A DNA stretch of 34,140 nucleotides, from contig SOJB01000017.1 of the NCBI GenBank assembly GCA_004376695.1, forward strand, positions 1-34,140. The letters run 5' to 3'. How positions within the stretch are numbered: position 1 is the stretch's first letter; every line of letters starts with the position of its first letter. This DNA comes from Dehalococcoidia bacterium. GTDB taxonomy: Bacteria; Chloroflexota; Dehalococcoidia; GIF9; AB-539-J10. This document shows positions 8,915 to 17,662 of this stretch, one piece after another. The notes beneath the pieces are model-generated. The model was given only the letters and a program-made list of their open reading frames with translations. It ran no database searches and had not been told where the DNA came from. The position numbers were made by a program, and so were the translations under genes.

Positions 8915-9865
8915 ATGACTTCAGTCAGGGGGGCTCACTACGTCACAGGTAACAAGCGATCTGAGGTCTCGCTCTCCACTATGTGGGCTAAAGGAAGATT
9001 CGCCCACATGGCGGGATTTGCCTCCAGAGCTGAGGAGCTGGGATTCACTCACATAGAAGCGAATCACTGGATTTCTCCGCAAATGCTCAGTGAACTCCTT
9101 GCCACTACGGTTCCGATTTCAAGCATTCATGCTCCGTGTCCGGCGGTTTTGTCGTCCGGAGGCGTCCCGGTGGCTAACCTTTCCTTAAGTTCCTTAGATG
9201 AGAACGAACGTATGGAGGCCGTAAGCTTTACCAAGCAAACGATAGACCTTGGATCAAGTGTGAATGCCAGGGCTATTGTCATCCATATGGGCGAAGTGCC
9301 GATTGACCTGGGTCTGCAGGACAGACTGCACAGGCTCTACGCCGAGAGCCATACTCAGACCAAAGAATATGGCAGGACCAAAGCAGAACTGATTCGCCAG
9401 CGCACTTCGCGGGTTCGTCCTTACCTTGAGGGAGCGAGGAAAAGCCTTCGCGAGCTTAGCGAATATGGTGGGCAAAAGGGTATAATGCTAGGGCTTGAGA
9501 CAAGATTTCATCTTCACGAGATACCGAATGTGGACGAGATGGCAGAGCTACTCAGCGAAGTGCCGGTAGCTCTAGTTGGCTACTGGCATGATATAGGACA
9601 CGCCGAAGTGCGGCAGCGCCTCGGGTTCGGCTCACATGAGGAGTGGCTTTCACGGTTCGCCCACAGAATGATCGGCATCCATTTGCACGATGTTCTGGAT
9701 GTTTCGGATCACTATGCCCCAGGAAAAGGAGATGTGAACTGGGAAATGGTGGCCGAGAACCTGCCTCCAGGAATAGTGAAGGTCTGCGAAATCGGCCAAT
9801 GGAATGATGAAGAGCAACTAGAGGGAGTGGTCAGTTTTCTTCGGAAGGCAGGCATAATAGGCTAG
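8915..9865 (+). CDS. xylose-isomerase-like TIM-barrel protein (sugar-phosphate isomerase/epimerase, AP-endonuclease-2 fold); specific function unknown
   Basis: Family-typical strand-end motifs: IHAPC, AIVIHMG, LGLETR, YWHDIGHAE, IHLHD, KVCEI (metal-ligand E/D/H/E pattern). Lies between ino1 and the CDP-alcohol transferase. Confidence 0.7.
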   Translation: MTSVRGAHYVTGNKRSEVSLSTMWAKGRFAHMAGFASRAEELGFTHIEANHWISPQMLSELLATTVPISSIHAPCPAVLSSGGVPVANLSLSSLDENERMEAVSFTKQTIDLGSSVNARAIVIHMGEVPIDLGLQDRLHRLYAESHTQTKEYGRTKAELIRQRTSRVRPYLEGARKSLRELSEYGGQKGIMLGLETRFHLHEIPNVDEMAELLSEVPVALVGYWHDIGHAEVRQRLGFGSHEEWLSRFAHRMIGIHLHDVLDVSDHYAPGKGDVNWEMVAENLPPGIVKVCEIGQWNDEEQLEGVVSFLRKAGIIG

Positions 9866-9877
9866 CGGGAAGGCACG

Positions 9878-10477
9878 ATGAGTTTAGCAGATATCAGACG
9901 GAGTGTAGCCAATCGTATCACCTCTCCTCTGGTTGGGATTCTGAATAGGGGACCAATAACACCCAATGCCCTTACCCTCATCAACCTGGCTCTAAGCATG
10001 GTTGCCGCCTACGTTATCGCTACGGGTCACTTTCTTCTGGGCGGGGTCCTGGTTCTAGTTTCAGGTCTCGTTGACATTCTTGACGGAGCGTTAGCCCGCC
10101 TCACCAGGAAAAGCACAAAGTGGGGCGCCATTCTGGATTCAACCGTTGACCGCATTGCTGAAGCAGCGATACTGTGCGGTCTCTTAGTCTGGTACATACG
10201 GGACACAGCGCAGGGAAACATCCTGGAGATCATGCTTGTTTATGCCGTTCTGGTTGGTTCCTTTCTGATCAGTTACATAAGGGCCAGGGCAGAAGGGCTC
10301 GGCTGGCAATGCCAGGTTGGCTTGTTTACTAGAGCAGAACGGGTTATAGTATTAGTGATAGGTTTGCTGATAAACCAGATCTTCATTGCATTATGTATCT
10401 TAGCGGTCTTTGTCTTCATCACTGTAGCGCAAAGGTTGGTTCACCTGTGGAAGCAGGCAAGAACTGGAGGTGATTAA
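9878..10477 (+). CDS. CDP-alcohol phosphatidyltransferase, probably phosphatidylinositol-phosphate synthase type
   Basis: Exact signature D-x2-D-G-x2-A-R-x8-G-x3-D-x3-D in DILDGALARLTRKSTKWGAILDSTVDRIAE. Multi-TM. The RITSPLVGILNRGPITPNALT and SYIRARAEGLG...FTRAERV blocks resemble, from memory, actinobacterial PgsA1-type PIP synthase and archaeal AIP synthase rather than PgsA or PssA. Linked to ino1. Confidence 0.7.
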   Translation: MSLADIRRSVANRITSPLVGILNRGPITPNALTLINLALSMVAAYVIATGHFLLGGVLVLVSGLVDILDGALARLTRKSTKWGAILDSTVDRIAEAAILCGLLVWYIRDTAQGNILEIMLVYAVLVGSFLISYIRARAEGLGWQCQVGLFTRAERVIVLVIGLLINQIFIALCILAVFVFITVAQRLVHLWKQARTGGD

Positions 10478-11770
10478 GTGGCTGTCATAGCAGTTGTGGG
10501 CGGTCAATGGGGTGACGAAGGTAAAGGAAAGGTAGTTGATCTCTTAGCTGAAAGAGCGGACATGGTTGTTCGCTTCTCCGGAGGAGACAACGCTGGCCAC
10601 ACTGTTGTCAACCCTTACGGTGAGTTCACACTGCATCTTATCCCTTCGGGTATCTTCTACCCCCGGGTGACTTGCATTATCGGCAATGGCGTAGCTATCA
10701 ACCCGGCTGTGCTTCTTACAGAAATGCAGGAACTGCAAAAGCACGGTATCGATACAGGTCGCCTGTTCATCAGTGACCGCGCTCACCTGATCATGCCCTA
10801 TCACACCCTTCTCGATGAACTGGAAGAGGAACGGCGTAGCAAAGGGGCGATAGGTACTACACGCAAAGGAATCGGCCCTGTCTTTGCCGATAAAGTAGCC
10901 CGCGTGGGAATCCGTGCCGGAGATTTGCTGGACAAGGACATGTTTCGGAACCGCCTGAGAGCAGCTCTTGAATTTAAGAATACTGTTCTGACAAAAGCAT
11001 ACGAGGTTTCACCGCTGTCGCTGGAAGAGATCTATGACCAATACTGCCGCTATGGGCAGCAACTGGCCCCCCTCATCAGGGATACCACGTCCACAGTTCG
11101 CGAAGCGGTGACGACAGGACACTCAGTCTTGCTAGAGGGTGCCCAGGGGGCTTTGCTTGACCCCGACTTCGGCACCTATCCCTATGTGACCTCCTCTTCA
11201 CCATTAGCCGGGGCAGGCTGTATTGGAGCAGGCCTGGGCCCGAGAGAAATCGATCGCGTGATGGGGGTGTTTAAGGCATACAACAGCAGAGTCGGGGCGG
11301 GACCTATGCCCACAGAACTCAAAGACGAAGTTGGCAACTTCATACGTGAAAAGGCCCGCGAGTATGGTGCCACCACGGGAAGGCCGCGAAGATGTGGTTG
11401 GTTCGATGCTGTCGCAGGCCGCTTCAGCGTTCAGATAAACGGCCTTAGCGATATAGCGTTGACTCACCTGGACATCTATGACGGTTTTCCTTCAATCAAA
11501 GTATGCACTGCCTATAGATTCAATGACGAGGTTCTGACTTCTTTCCCCAGCGATGCCGCCGTTCTAGAAGAGTGCCAACCTGTCTACGAGGAATTGGACG
11601 GCTGGCAACAATCGATAGGCGAGACCCGGGAGTTTGACAGGCTGCCGACAGAAGCCCGCGATTATATGTCCCGGCTTGAAGATCTCCTCTCTTGCCCCAT
11701 CGGTCTTGTTTCCGTGGGACCGGATCGGAAGCAGATAGTACCGGTCAAATGGATCAGCCCCTGGGAATAG
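10478..11770 (+). CDS. purA: adenylosuccinate synthetase
   Basis: GGQWGDEGKGKVVD P-loop, GTTRKGIGP, GATTGRPRRCGW. The GTG start directly abuts the TAA of the upstream gene. Confidence 0.95.
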   Translation: MAVIAVVGGQWGDEGKGKVVDLLAERADMVVRFSGGDNAGHTVVNPYGEFTLHLIPSGIFYPRVTCIIGNGVAINPAVLLTEMQELQKHGIDTGRLFISDRAHLIMPYHTLLDELEEERRSKGAIGTTRKGIGPVFADKVARVGIRAGDLLDKDMFRNRLRAALEFKNTVLTKAYEVSPLSLEEIYDQYCRYGQQLAPLIRDTTSTVREAVTTGHSVLLEGAQGALLDPDFGTYPYVTSSSPLAGAGCIGAGLGPREIDRVMGVFKAYNSRVGAGPMPTELKDEVGNFIREKAREYGATTGRPRRCGWFDAVAGRFSVQINGLSDIALTHLDIYDGFPSIKVCTAYRFNDEVLTSFPSDAAVLEECQPVYEELDGWQQSIGETREFDRLPTEARDYMSRLEDLLSCPIGLVSVGPDRKQIVPVKWISPWE

Positions 11771-11794
11771 GCAGATCTTGGGTTTGTTGTTGGC

Positions 11795-12841
11795 TTACTC
11801 ATTCAAGCTAGCCACGCTATTCCTAAGTCTTATCCAGCCCCTCTCAATCCCCTGTTCGGCAATCTGTACCGCATTTAGCGCTGCCCCTTTGCGAAGGTTA
11901 TCAGCCACTATCCACATAACGAGTCCGTTAGGATGAGAGATATCCTTTCTGATTCGACCAACGAATACATGCTCCGACCCGCTAGCAGCCCAGGGTTGAG
12001 GGTAGAAACTGACGCTCGGGTCATCGAGCACCCTGACCCCCGGCGCTTGAGCCAAGATCACTCGCGCCTCTTCAGAGGTAATGGGCGAACTGAACTCAAC
12101 ATTAACTGCCTCGCTATGCCCGAAATAGACAGGAACCCGGACGCACGTAGCAGAAATGGCTATGCCTTCGGTATGCAGTATCTTCCGTGTCTCTTCCACT
12201 ATTCTCTGTTCCTCTCTAGTATAACCACTATCCAGAAAGACATCGATTTCAGGCAGTACATTGAAGGCTATTTGATGAGAATAAACGTGAGGACAAATCC
12301 GACGCCCCTCCAAGACCAACCGCGATTGATTCGTCAGTTCTTGTACCGCAGCAGCACCGCTGCTTGATACTGACTGATAGGTGCTCACCACGATTCGCTC
12401 CACGTGATTGACCTCGTGTAAGGGGTAGAGCGCCACTACCGTCTGGATTGTGGAGCAACTGGGACTTGCGATTATCCCCTTATGCCATTCTATATCCTGA
12501 GGATTGACCTCCGGAACTACCAAGGGCACCGCCGGGTCCATTCTGAAGGCGGGACTATCATCGATGACCACTGCTCCAGCTTCGGCAGCCAAGGGCGATA
12601 GTCTGCGACTAACGCCGGAACCAGCAAAGAAGAAGGTAATGTCAACATCACGAAACGCCTCCGGTTTCGCATCCCTAACTTCAATCCTTCGATGATTGAA
12701 GAAGAGCTTCACATCAGAAGAATGTTCAGGGGTCAGCAATTTTATGGAAGCTACTGGGAAACTGCACTGCTCAAGTACCTTGATGAACTCCTGCCCTACA
12801 ATCCCCGTAACACCGACAACAGCTACATTGAATCCTTCCAT
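11795..12841 (-). CDS. asd: aspartate-semialdehyde dehydrogenase
   Basis: VAVVGVTGIVGQEF Rossmann and active-site SPSCSTIQ. ATG 12841 (MEGFNVAVVG) chosen. The track extension to 12940 overlaps dapB. Confidence 0.92.
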   Translation of the reverse strand: MEGFNVAVVGVTGIVGQEFIKVLEQCSFPVASIKLLTPEHSSDVKLFFNHRRIEVRDAKPEAFRDVDITFFFAGSGVSRRLSPLAAEAGAVVIDDSPAFRMDPAVPLVVPEVNPQDIEWHKGIIASPSCSTIQTVVALYPLHEVNHVERIVVSTYQSVSSSGAAAVQELTNQSRLVLEGRRICPHVYSHQIAFNVLPEIDVFLDSGYTREEQRIVEETRKILHTEGIAISATCVRVPVYFGHSEAVNVEFSSPITSEEARVILAQAPGVRVLDDPSVSFYPQPWAASGSEHVFVGRIRKDISHPNGLVMWIVADNLRKGAALNAVQIAEQGIERGWIRLRNSVASLNE

Positions 12842-13647
12842 GACCCTTCCCGCAGTTCTAGCAAGGCATCCAATCCGAAAGTCAGCCCCTTGCGTTTTAC
12901 CACTCCCTTGATTGCCAAAATAACGCCCCGTAAGTAACACTCCCGACTTATCGCATTGTGGCGCAGACTCAGAGTTTCGCCCGCTCCGCCAAAAAGAACT
13001 TCCTGCCCCGACATGAATCCCGGCGACCTTAGGCTATGAATAGCTATACCATCTACCTGTGCTCCTCTGGCACTTCTCAGTGTTTCCTGTTCAGCTTCAG
13101 GGCGAAGGAATGCCTTGCCATGCATTTTCGACATGGCTCTGGCTGTGGCAATAGCAGTCCCTGACGGGGCATCAGCTTTCTTATCGTGCTGCATGTCGAT
13201 GATTTCGGCGTAGTCGAAGAACTTAGCAGCGGATTTCGACAAATACATCAGGAGTGCCGCACCGATGGAAAAGTTCGGTGCCACTACCGCCCCGACCGCA
13301 TTGGCCTGGCACAATCGCTCGATTTCTCGCAAGTTCTCATCGGAAAGGCCTGTACTACCTATCACCATATTGACCCTCTGCTTAATGGCGATACGAGCGG
13401 CAGTCATGGAAGCTTCGGCATTAGTGAAGTCCACGACCACATCAGCGTTGCACCTCTTCAAAAGCGAGTCTAAGTCCGAGGAGAACGGTACCAGCTCTAG
13501 AGTCTCAGCTAGAGGAAGATACTGCTGAGTTACTTCCTTTTCCACAGCCCCCACTGCTTTTAACCCGGGCTCGCGCACCACGGCCTTAGCTACCTCCTGT
13601 CCCATCCTGCCCAGAGCACCATTAATGACCACTCTTACGAACTCCAT
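12823..13647 (-). CDS. dapB: 4-hydroxy-tetrahydrodipicolinate reductase
   Basis: VVINGALGRMGQEV, VIGSTGL, HDKKADAPSGTA match DapB. GGAGGA SD. Overlaps asd by 19 nt. Confidence 0.92.
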   Translation of the reverse strand: MEFVRVVINGALGRMGQEVAKAVVREPGLKAVGAVEKEVTQQYLPLAETLELVPFSSDLDSLLKRCNADVVVDFTNAEASMTAARIAIKQRVNMVIGSTGLSDENLREIERLCQANAVGAVVAPNFSIGAALLMYLSKSAAKFFDYAEIIDMQHDKKADAPSGTAIATARAMSKMHGKAFLRPEAEQETLRSARGAQVDGIAIHSLRSPGFMSGQEVLFGGAGETLSLRHNAISRECYLRGVILAIKGVVKRKGLTFGLDALLELREGSWKDSM

Positions 13648-13673
13648 GAGACATCCTCCAGCCGCAAAGCAGC

Positions 13674-15860
13674 CTATTTGCTGTAATTGTCGCGCCGCTC
13701 GCCCTTACCATACGGAGGAGCGAACTTATTCGGACGTTGCCTGGGAGCCGAGGAATCGTTGACCTTGGCACCCGGAAGCCGGGAAAGTCCGTCAGACACG
13801 GCCTTGCGTGATAGGTTTATTCTCCCCGAGTTGTCAATTCCGATCACTTTCACCATGACCTCATCGCCTATCTTAACCACATCTTCAACTTCGGGCACAC
13901 GGTAGTTGGCCAACTCGCTGATATGGACCAAGCCTTCCTTTCCCGGCAAGATTTCCACCATAGCACCAAAATTGAACAACCTGGTCACTTTGCCAGTGTA
14001 AACCTCCCCCTGCTCCACATCTCGTGTTAGATCCTCTATTATTTTGATTGCTTTCTGCGCTGCTTCTGCGCTTGAAGAGCCAACGATGACCGTGCCATCA
14101 TTCTTTATGTCTATCGTCGTTTTGGTTTCCTCTATGATGGACCTTATGACCTTGCCTCCCGGACCGATAACGCTCCCTATCTTGCTCGGGTCAATCTTGA
14201 TTTCATACATCCTAGGAGCGTAGGGGCTGAGTTCAGGCCGACTGGCACTAATGACCAGACCCATTCTCCCCAGTATGTCCAGCCTCGCTTCGCGAGCCTG
14301 ACTCAGGGCCTCAGCCAATACGGCATAATCTATCTCGTGCAGCTTGATATCAAGCTGTAAAGCTGTCAGCCCTTCAGCTGTGCCAGCAACCTTGAAATCC
14401 ATGTCGCCGTAGGCATCTTCCATGCCCACGATGTCAGTCAGGATAACAGAGCCTCCATCCTCTCCCGAAACGAAACCCATAGCTATCCCCGCCACAGGTG
14501 TTCTGATAGGTACGCCGGCGTCCATCAAGGAGAGCGTCGACGCACACGCGCTAGCCATAGATGTGCTTCCCTGAGAACTGAGTACTTCGGAAACCAGGCG
14601 TATCGTGTAAGGGAAATCCTCCTCTGATGGCAGTACCGGCGCAATAGCCCGTTCCACCAAAGCACCGTGCCCGATCTCTCGCCTCCCTGTTACTCCTATT
14701 CGCTTCACTTCGCCAGTAGAGAAGGGAGGAAAATTATAATGATGCATGAAGCGTTTGGTTTCCTCCGGACCTAGGCCATCCAACAACTGCTCCCGACTCG
14801 TCGATCCCAGAGTGGTGATAGTCAACACCTGGGTCTCTCCACGGGCAAACAATCCTGAGCCATGGGTGCGCGGCAGGATGCCGACTTCACAGCTAATAGG
14901 ACGGATCTCTTTGGCCTGGCGGCCATCCAAGTGCCGTCCTGTCCTTAGTATTTTCTCTCTCACCGTAGCTCTAAGCTGAGCTTCAAAAGCGGACTTGATC
15001 TCAGCTTCAGAAAACGAATCAAGCAGCTTCTCCTTCGTTTCATCCTTGAGAGCGGTCAGAGCCTTCTCTCTTTGCAGTTTCTCCCGTTCATCTAGAACCT
15101 GGCCTAATCTCTCACCAAGTATGGAGGCAACTTGAGTCGAAAGCTCAGGAGGGAGCTCCCTGGATTTGATCTCTGCCTTAGCTTTGCCGTAGATTCGCTG
15201 CAGCTCTTCCTGAAGCCTGATGACCTCCTGGTTCGCCTGGTGTCCCATCTTAATTGCCTCTAGCAGTATCTCCTCCGAAACCTCTCTAGCACTTGCCTCC
15301 GCCATTACGACATCATTCCTAGTACTAGCGACAATCAGGTCGAGTAAGCTATTCTCCATTTGCGGCAGAGTGGGATTCAGTACCAGAGTATCGTCTATGT
15401 AGCCAATGTGCACTGCCGATATGGGGCCAAAGAACGGGACGTCCGATAATGTCAAGGCTGCTGAAGCGCCAATAAGGGCACAAACATCGGGGTCGTTTTC
15501 CTGATCGACAGATAGCACAGTCGCCACAACCTGAACATCATAGTTGAATCCCTTGGACAGAAGGGGGCGCAGGGACCGATCAATGAGCCGACTGGTTGTG
15601 ACTGCTTCCTGACTAGGGCGTCCTTCCCGTCTAATGAAGCTGCCCGGTATCTTGCCCGCAGCATACAGCTTTTCTTCATAGTCCACCGTTAGAGGCACGA
15701 AATCTATGCCCTCTCGTGGTTCAGGGCTCGCACAGGCGGTAGTCAAGACAATCGTGTTACCGTACCGAACAGCAACAGCACCGCCGGCTTGCTGGGCGAA
15801 TTTCCCGGCCTGGATGCTAAGCACCCTACCGGATAATGAATGCTCAAGAACATCGGGCAT
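13674..15860 (-). CDS. pnp: polyribonucleotide nucleotidyltransferase (PNPase)
   Basis: 728 aa with two RNase PH domains, a KH domain (GPGGKVIRSI) and an S1 domain (GEVYTGKVTRLFNFGAMVEI). Confidence 0.96.
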   Translation of the reverse strand: MPDVLEHSLSGRVLSIQAGKFAQQAGGAVAVRYGNTIVLTTACASPEPREGIDFVPLTVDYEEKLYAAGKIPGSFIRREGRPSQEAVTTSRLIDRSLRPLLSKGFNYDVQVVATVLSVDQENDPDVCALIGASAALTLSDVPFFGPISAVHIGYIDDTLVLNPTLPQMENSLLDLIVASTRNDVVMAEASAREVSEEILLEAIKMGHQANQEVIRLQEELQRIYGKAKAEIKSRELPPELSTQVASILGERLGQVLDEREKLQREKALTALKDETKEKLLDSFSEAEIKSAFEAQLRATVREKILRTGRHLDGRQAKEIRPISCEVGILPRTHGSGLFARGETQVLTITTLGSTSREQLLDGLGPEETKRFMHHYNFPPFSTGEVKRIGVTGRREIGHGALVERAIAPVLPSEEDFPYTIRLVSEVLSSQGSTSMASACASTLSLMDAGVPIRTPVAGIAMGFVSGEDGGSVILTDIVGMEDAYGDMDFKVAGTAEGLTALQLDIKLHEIDYAVLAEALSQAREARLDILGRMGLVISASRPELSPYAPRMYEIKIDPSKIGSVIGPGGKVIRSIIEETKTTIDIKNDGTVIVGSSSAEAAQKAIKIIEDLTRDVEQGEVYTGKVTRLFNFGAMVEILPGKEGLVHISELANYRVPEVEDVVKIGDEVMVKVIGIDNSGRINLSRKAVSDGLSRLPGAKVNDSSAPRQRPNKFAPPYGKGERRDNYSK

Positions 15861-15861
15861 A

Positions 15862-16125
15862 TTACTTCCTCAATCCCAATCTGCTAGCAAGAGAATAATG
15901 CCGCCTCGCATCTGTCCTGCTCAGGTAAGCCAAAAGTCGCCTTTGCTTTCCTATCACTCCATGAAGTGCATGCCGGGTGTGTCGATCCCGGGGATACAGC
16001 TTGAGATGCTCCGTTAACCCGCTGATTCTCCCGGTAAGCAGTGCCACTTGTACCTCGACAGACCCTGTATCGTTTTCCTTAAGTCTAAATTGAGTGATGA
16101 TTTCGCTCTTCTTCTCCTTGTCCAC
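15862..16125 (-). CDS. rpsO: 30S ribosomal protein S15
   Basis: EIITQFRLKENDTGSVEVQVALLTGRI...LGLRK. GTG 16125 lies 9 nt after AGGGAG and gives an 87-aa protein of typical size. The track start is GTG 16143. Confidence 0.9.
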   Translation of the reverse strand: MDKEKKSEIITQFRLKENDTGSVEVQVALLTGRISGLTEHLKLYPRDRHTRHALHGVIGKQRRLLAYLSRTDARRHYSLASRLGLRK

Positions 16126-16199
16126 TGTTGTTAACTCCCTCACTTAGTTTAGCAATAACGTGGCATATCATATCACGACGGAAGACTCTTGTATAGAAA

Positions 16200-16228
16200 T
16201 TGACCGGAAGCCCAAGATGCTCTACAAT
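16200..16228 (+). promoter_or_regulatory. sigma70-like promoter candidate for purF (TTGACC-N17-TACAAT)
   Basis: ttgacc 16200-16205 and tacaat 16223-16228. Only ~21 nt separate the -10 from the purF ATG. Confidence 0.4.
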
Positions 16229-16249
16229 TGTCCTGTAAAGACAGCCTTC

Positions 16250-17662
16250 ATGCATGAATGTTGTGGCGTTTTCGGAATCTATGCCTCAGGCGTAAACGTA
16301 GCCCAGACGACCTTCTTTGCCCTCTTCGCTCTGCAACATCGCGGTCAAGAAAGCGCCGGCATTGCCGTCACTGACGGCGACGGCATAAAGCTACATGCCA
16401 AGATGGGGCTGGTTTCGCAGGCATTCACTGAAAACGACCTTGCTTTGCTCAAAGGGCATATTGGCATCGGGCATAACCGTTACTCCACCACAGGCTCAAG
16501 CGGACCTGTAAACGCCCAGCCGGTTATTGCGGAATCAGGCGGCTTGACCATCGCCCTGGCACACAACGGCAATCTCATCAACTCCAAGCCACTCCACGAC
16601 GAGCTTCAAGAACGGGGCTATCACTTTCATACCGGTACTGATTCCGAAGTCATTGCCAACCTGATTCTGGCCTCCCCCGGCCAAAACTGGCAGACAAAGA
16701 TAGAACATGCCATGCATCGTCTTCAAGGAGCTTATTCTCTGGTGATCCTGACTGAAGATAAGCTGATCGGAGTTCGTGACCCCTTTGGTGTTCGTCCTCT
16801 CTGTCTCGGAACTATTGACAACGGATGGAGCATCGCCTCGGAAAGCTGCGCCTTAGATCATATAGGTGCCCAATTCATAAGGGAAGTCACACCCGGTGAA
16901 ATCGTGGTGGTTGATAGCCATGGAGTGAAGAGTTTCGGGAAGAAAGATGGCAAGAAAGCCTTATGTATCTTCGAATACATTTATTTCGCCCGGCCCGACA
17001 GCATAATACAGGGCAAGCTGCTCTATCCCACAAGGGAGGCTATGGGCAGAGCATTGGCTCGTGAGTACCCTGTTGATGCTGATTTGGTCATGGGTATTCC
17101 TGATTCGGCTACCGCCGCCGGCATTAGCTACTCGAATGCCTCCGGCATTCCATACTGTGAAGGCTTACTGAAGAACCGCTATGTAGGACGCACCTTCATT
17201 GCGCCTGACCAGAGGATGCGGGAGCTTGGCGTCCAGCTCAAATTCAACCCTCTTTCCCGGGTGATTGCCGGGAAAAGACTGGTAGTCGTCGATGACAGCA
17301 TCGTTCGCGGCACCACCACTCCTAAGATAGTCGGTATGCTCAGAAAGGCAGGTGCGGCACAGGTTCATCTCCGCATCTGCGCCCCCCCCATACGCTACCC
17401 TTGCTTCTTCGGAGTGGATACAGCACCCAGATGGCAGCTCATCGCCGCAAGAATGACCGTCCCGGAAATCAGGGAGTACCTTGACGCCGATTCGCTGGGT
17501 TATCTCAGTCTCGACGGCCTGGTTGGAGCCGTGGATCTGCCCAAGGATATCTTCTGTCTCGCTTGCTTCACCGGAGAATACCCCATTCCGGTACAGATAG
17601 AAATGGACAAACTGGCTTTGGAATCGCTTCCTCAGGAGGACCTCAGTGAGAGCAAGCTCTGA
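16250..17662 (+). CDS. purF: amidophosphoribosyltransferase
   Basis: Ntn nucleophile context MHEC-CGVFGIY (short propeptide), PRTase loop VVVDDSIVRGTT, and Cys residues consistent with the 4Fe-4S type. The track ORF starts upstream at 16160. Confidence 0.93.
   Translation: MHECCGVFGIYASGVNVAQTTFFALFALQHRGQESAGIAVTDGDGIKLHAKMGLVSQAFTENDLALLKGHIGIGHNRYSTTGSSGPVNAQPVIAESGGLTIALAHNGNLINSKPLHDELQERGYHFHTGTDSEVIANLILASPGQNWQTKIEHAMHRLQGAYSLVILTEDKLIGVRDPFGVRPLCLGTIDNGWSIASESCALDHIGAQFIREVTPGEIVVVDSHGVKSFGKKDGKKALCIFEYIYFARPDSIIQGKLLYPTREAMGRALAREYPVDADLVMGIPDSATAAGISYSNASGIPYCEGLLKNRYVGRTFIAPDQRMRELGVQLKFNPLSRVIAGKRLVVVDDSIVRGTTTPKIVGMLRKAGAAQVHLRICAPPIRYPCFFGVDTAPRWQLIAARMTVPEIREYLDADSLGYLSLDGLVGAVDLPKDIFCLACFTGEYPIPVQIEMDKLALESLPQEDLSESKL

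Noticed and set aside
12842-12940. N-terminal extension of asd. Similar extensions occur at 826-942 (cmk), 3641-3679 (nusA), 16160-16249 (purF), 26886-26969 (tyrS) and 28261-28293 (aminotransferase).
   Set aside because: These extensions overlap upstream genes or promoters and lack homology-like sequence. Internal starts with a proper SD and conserved N-termini fit better.
13781-13800. gggaaagtcc string reminiscent of the RNase P RNA conserved core
   Set aside because: It lies inside the pnp coding region and none of the surrounding RNase P helices is present.
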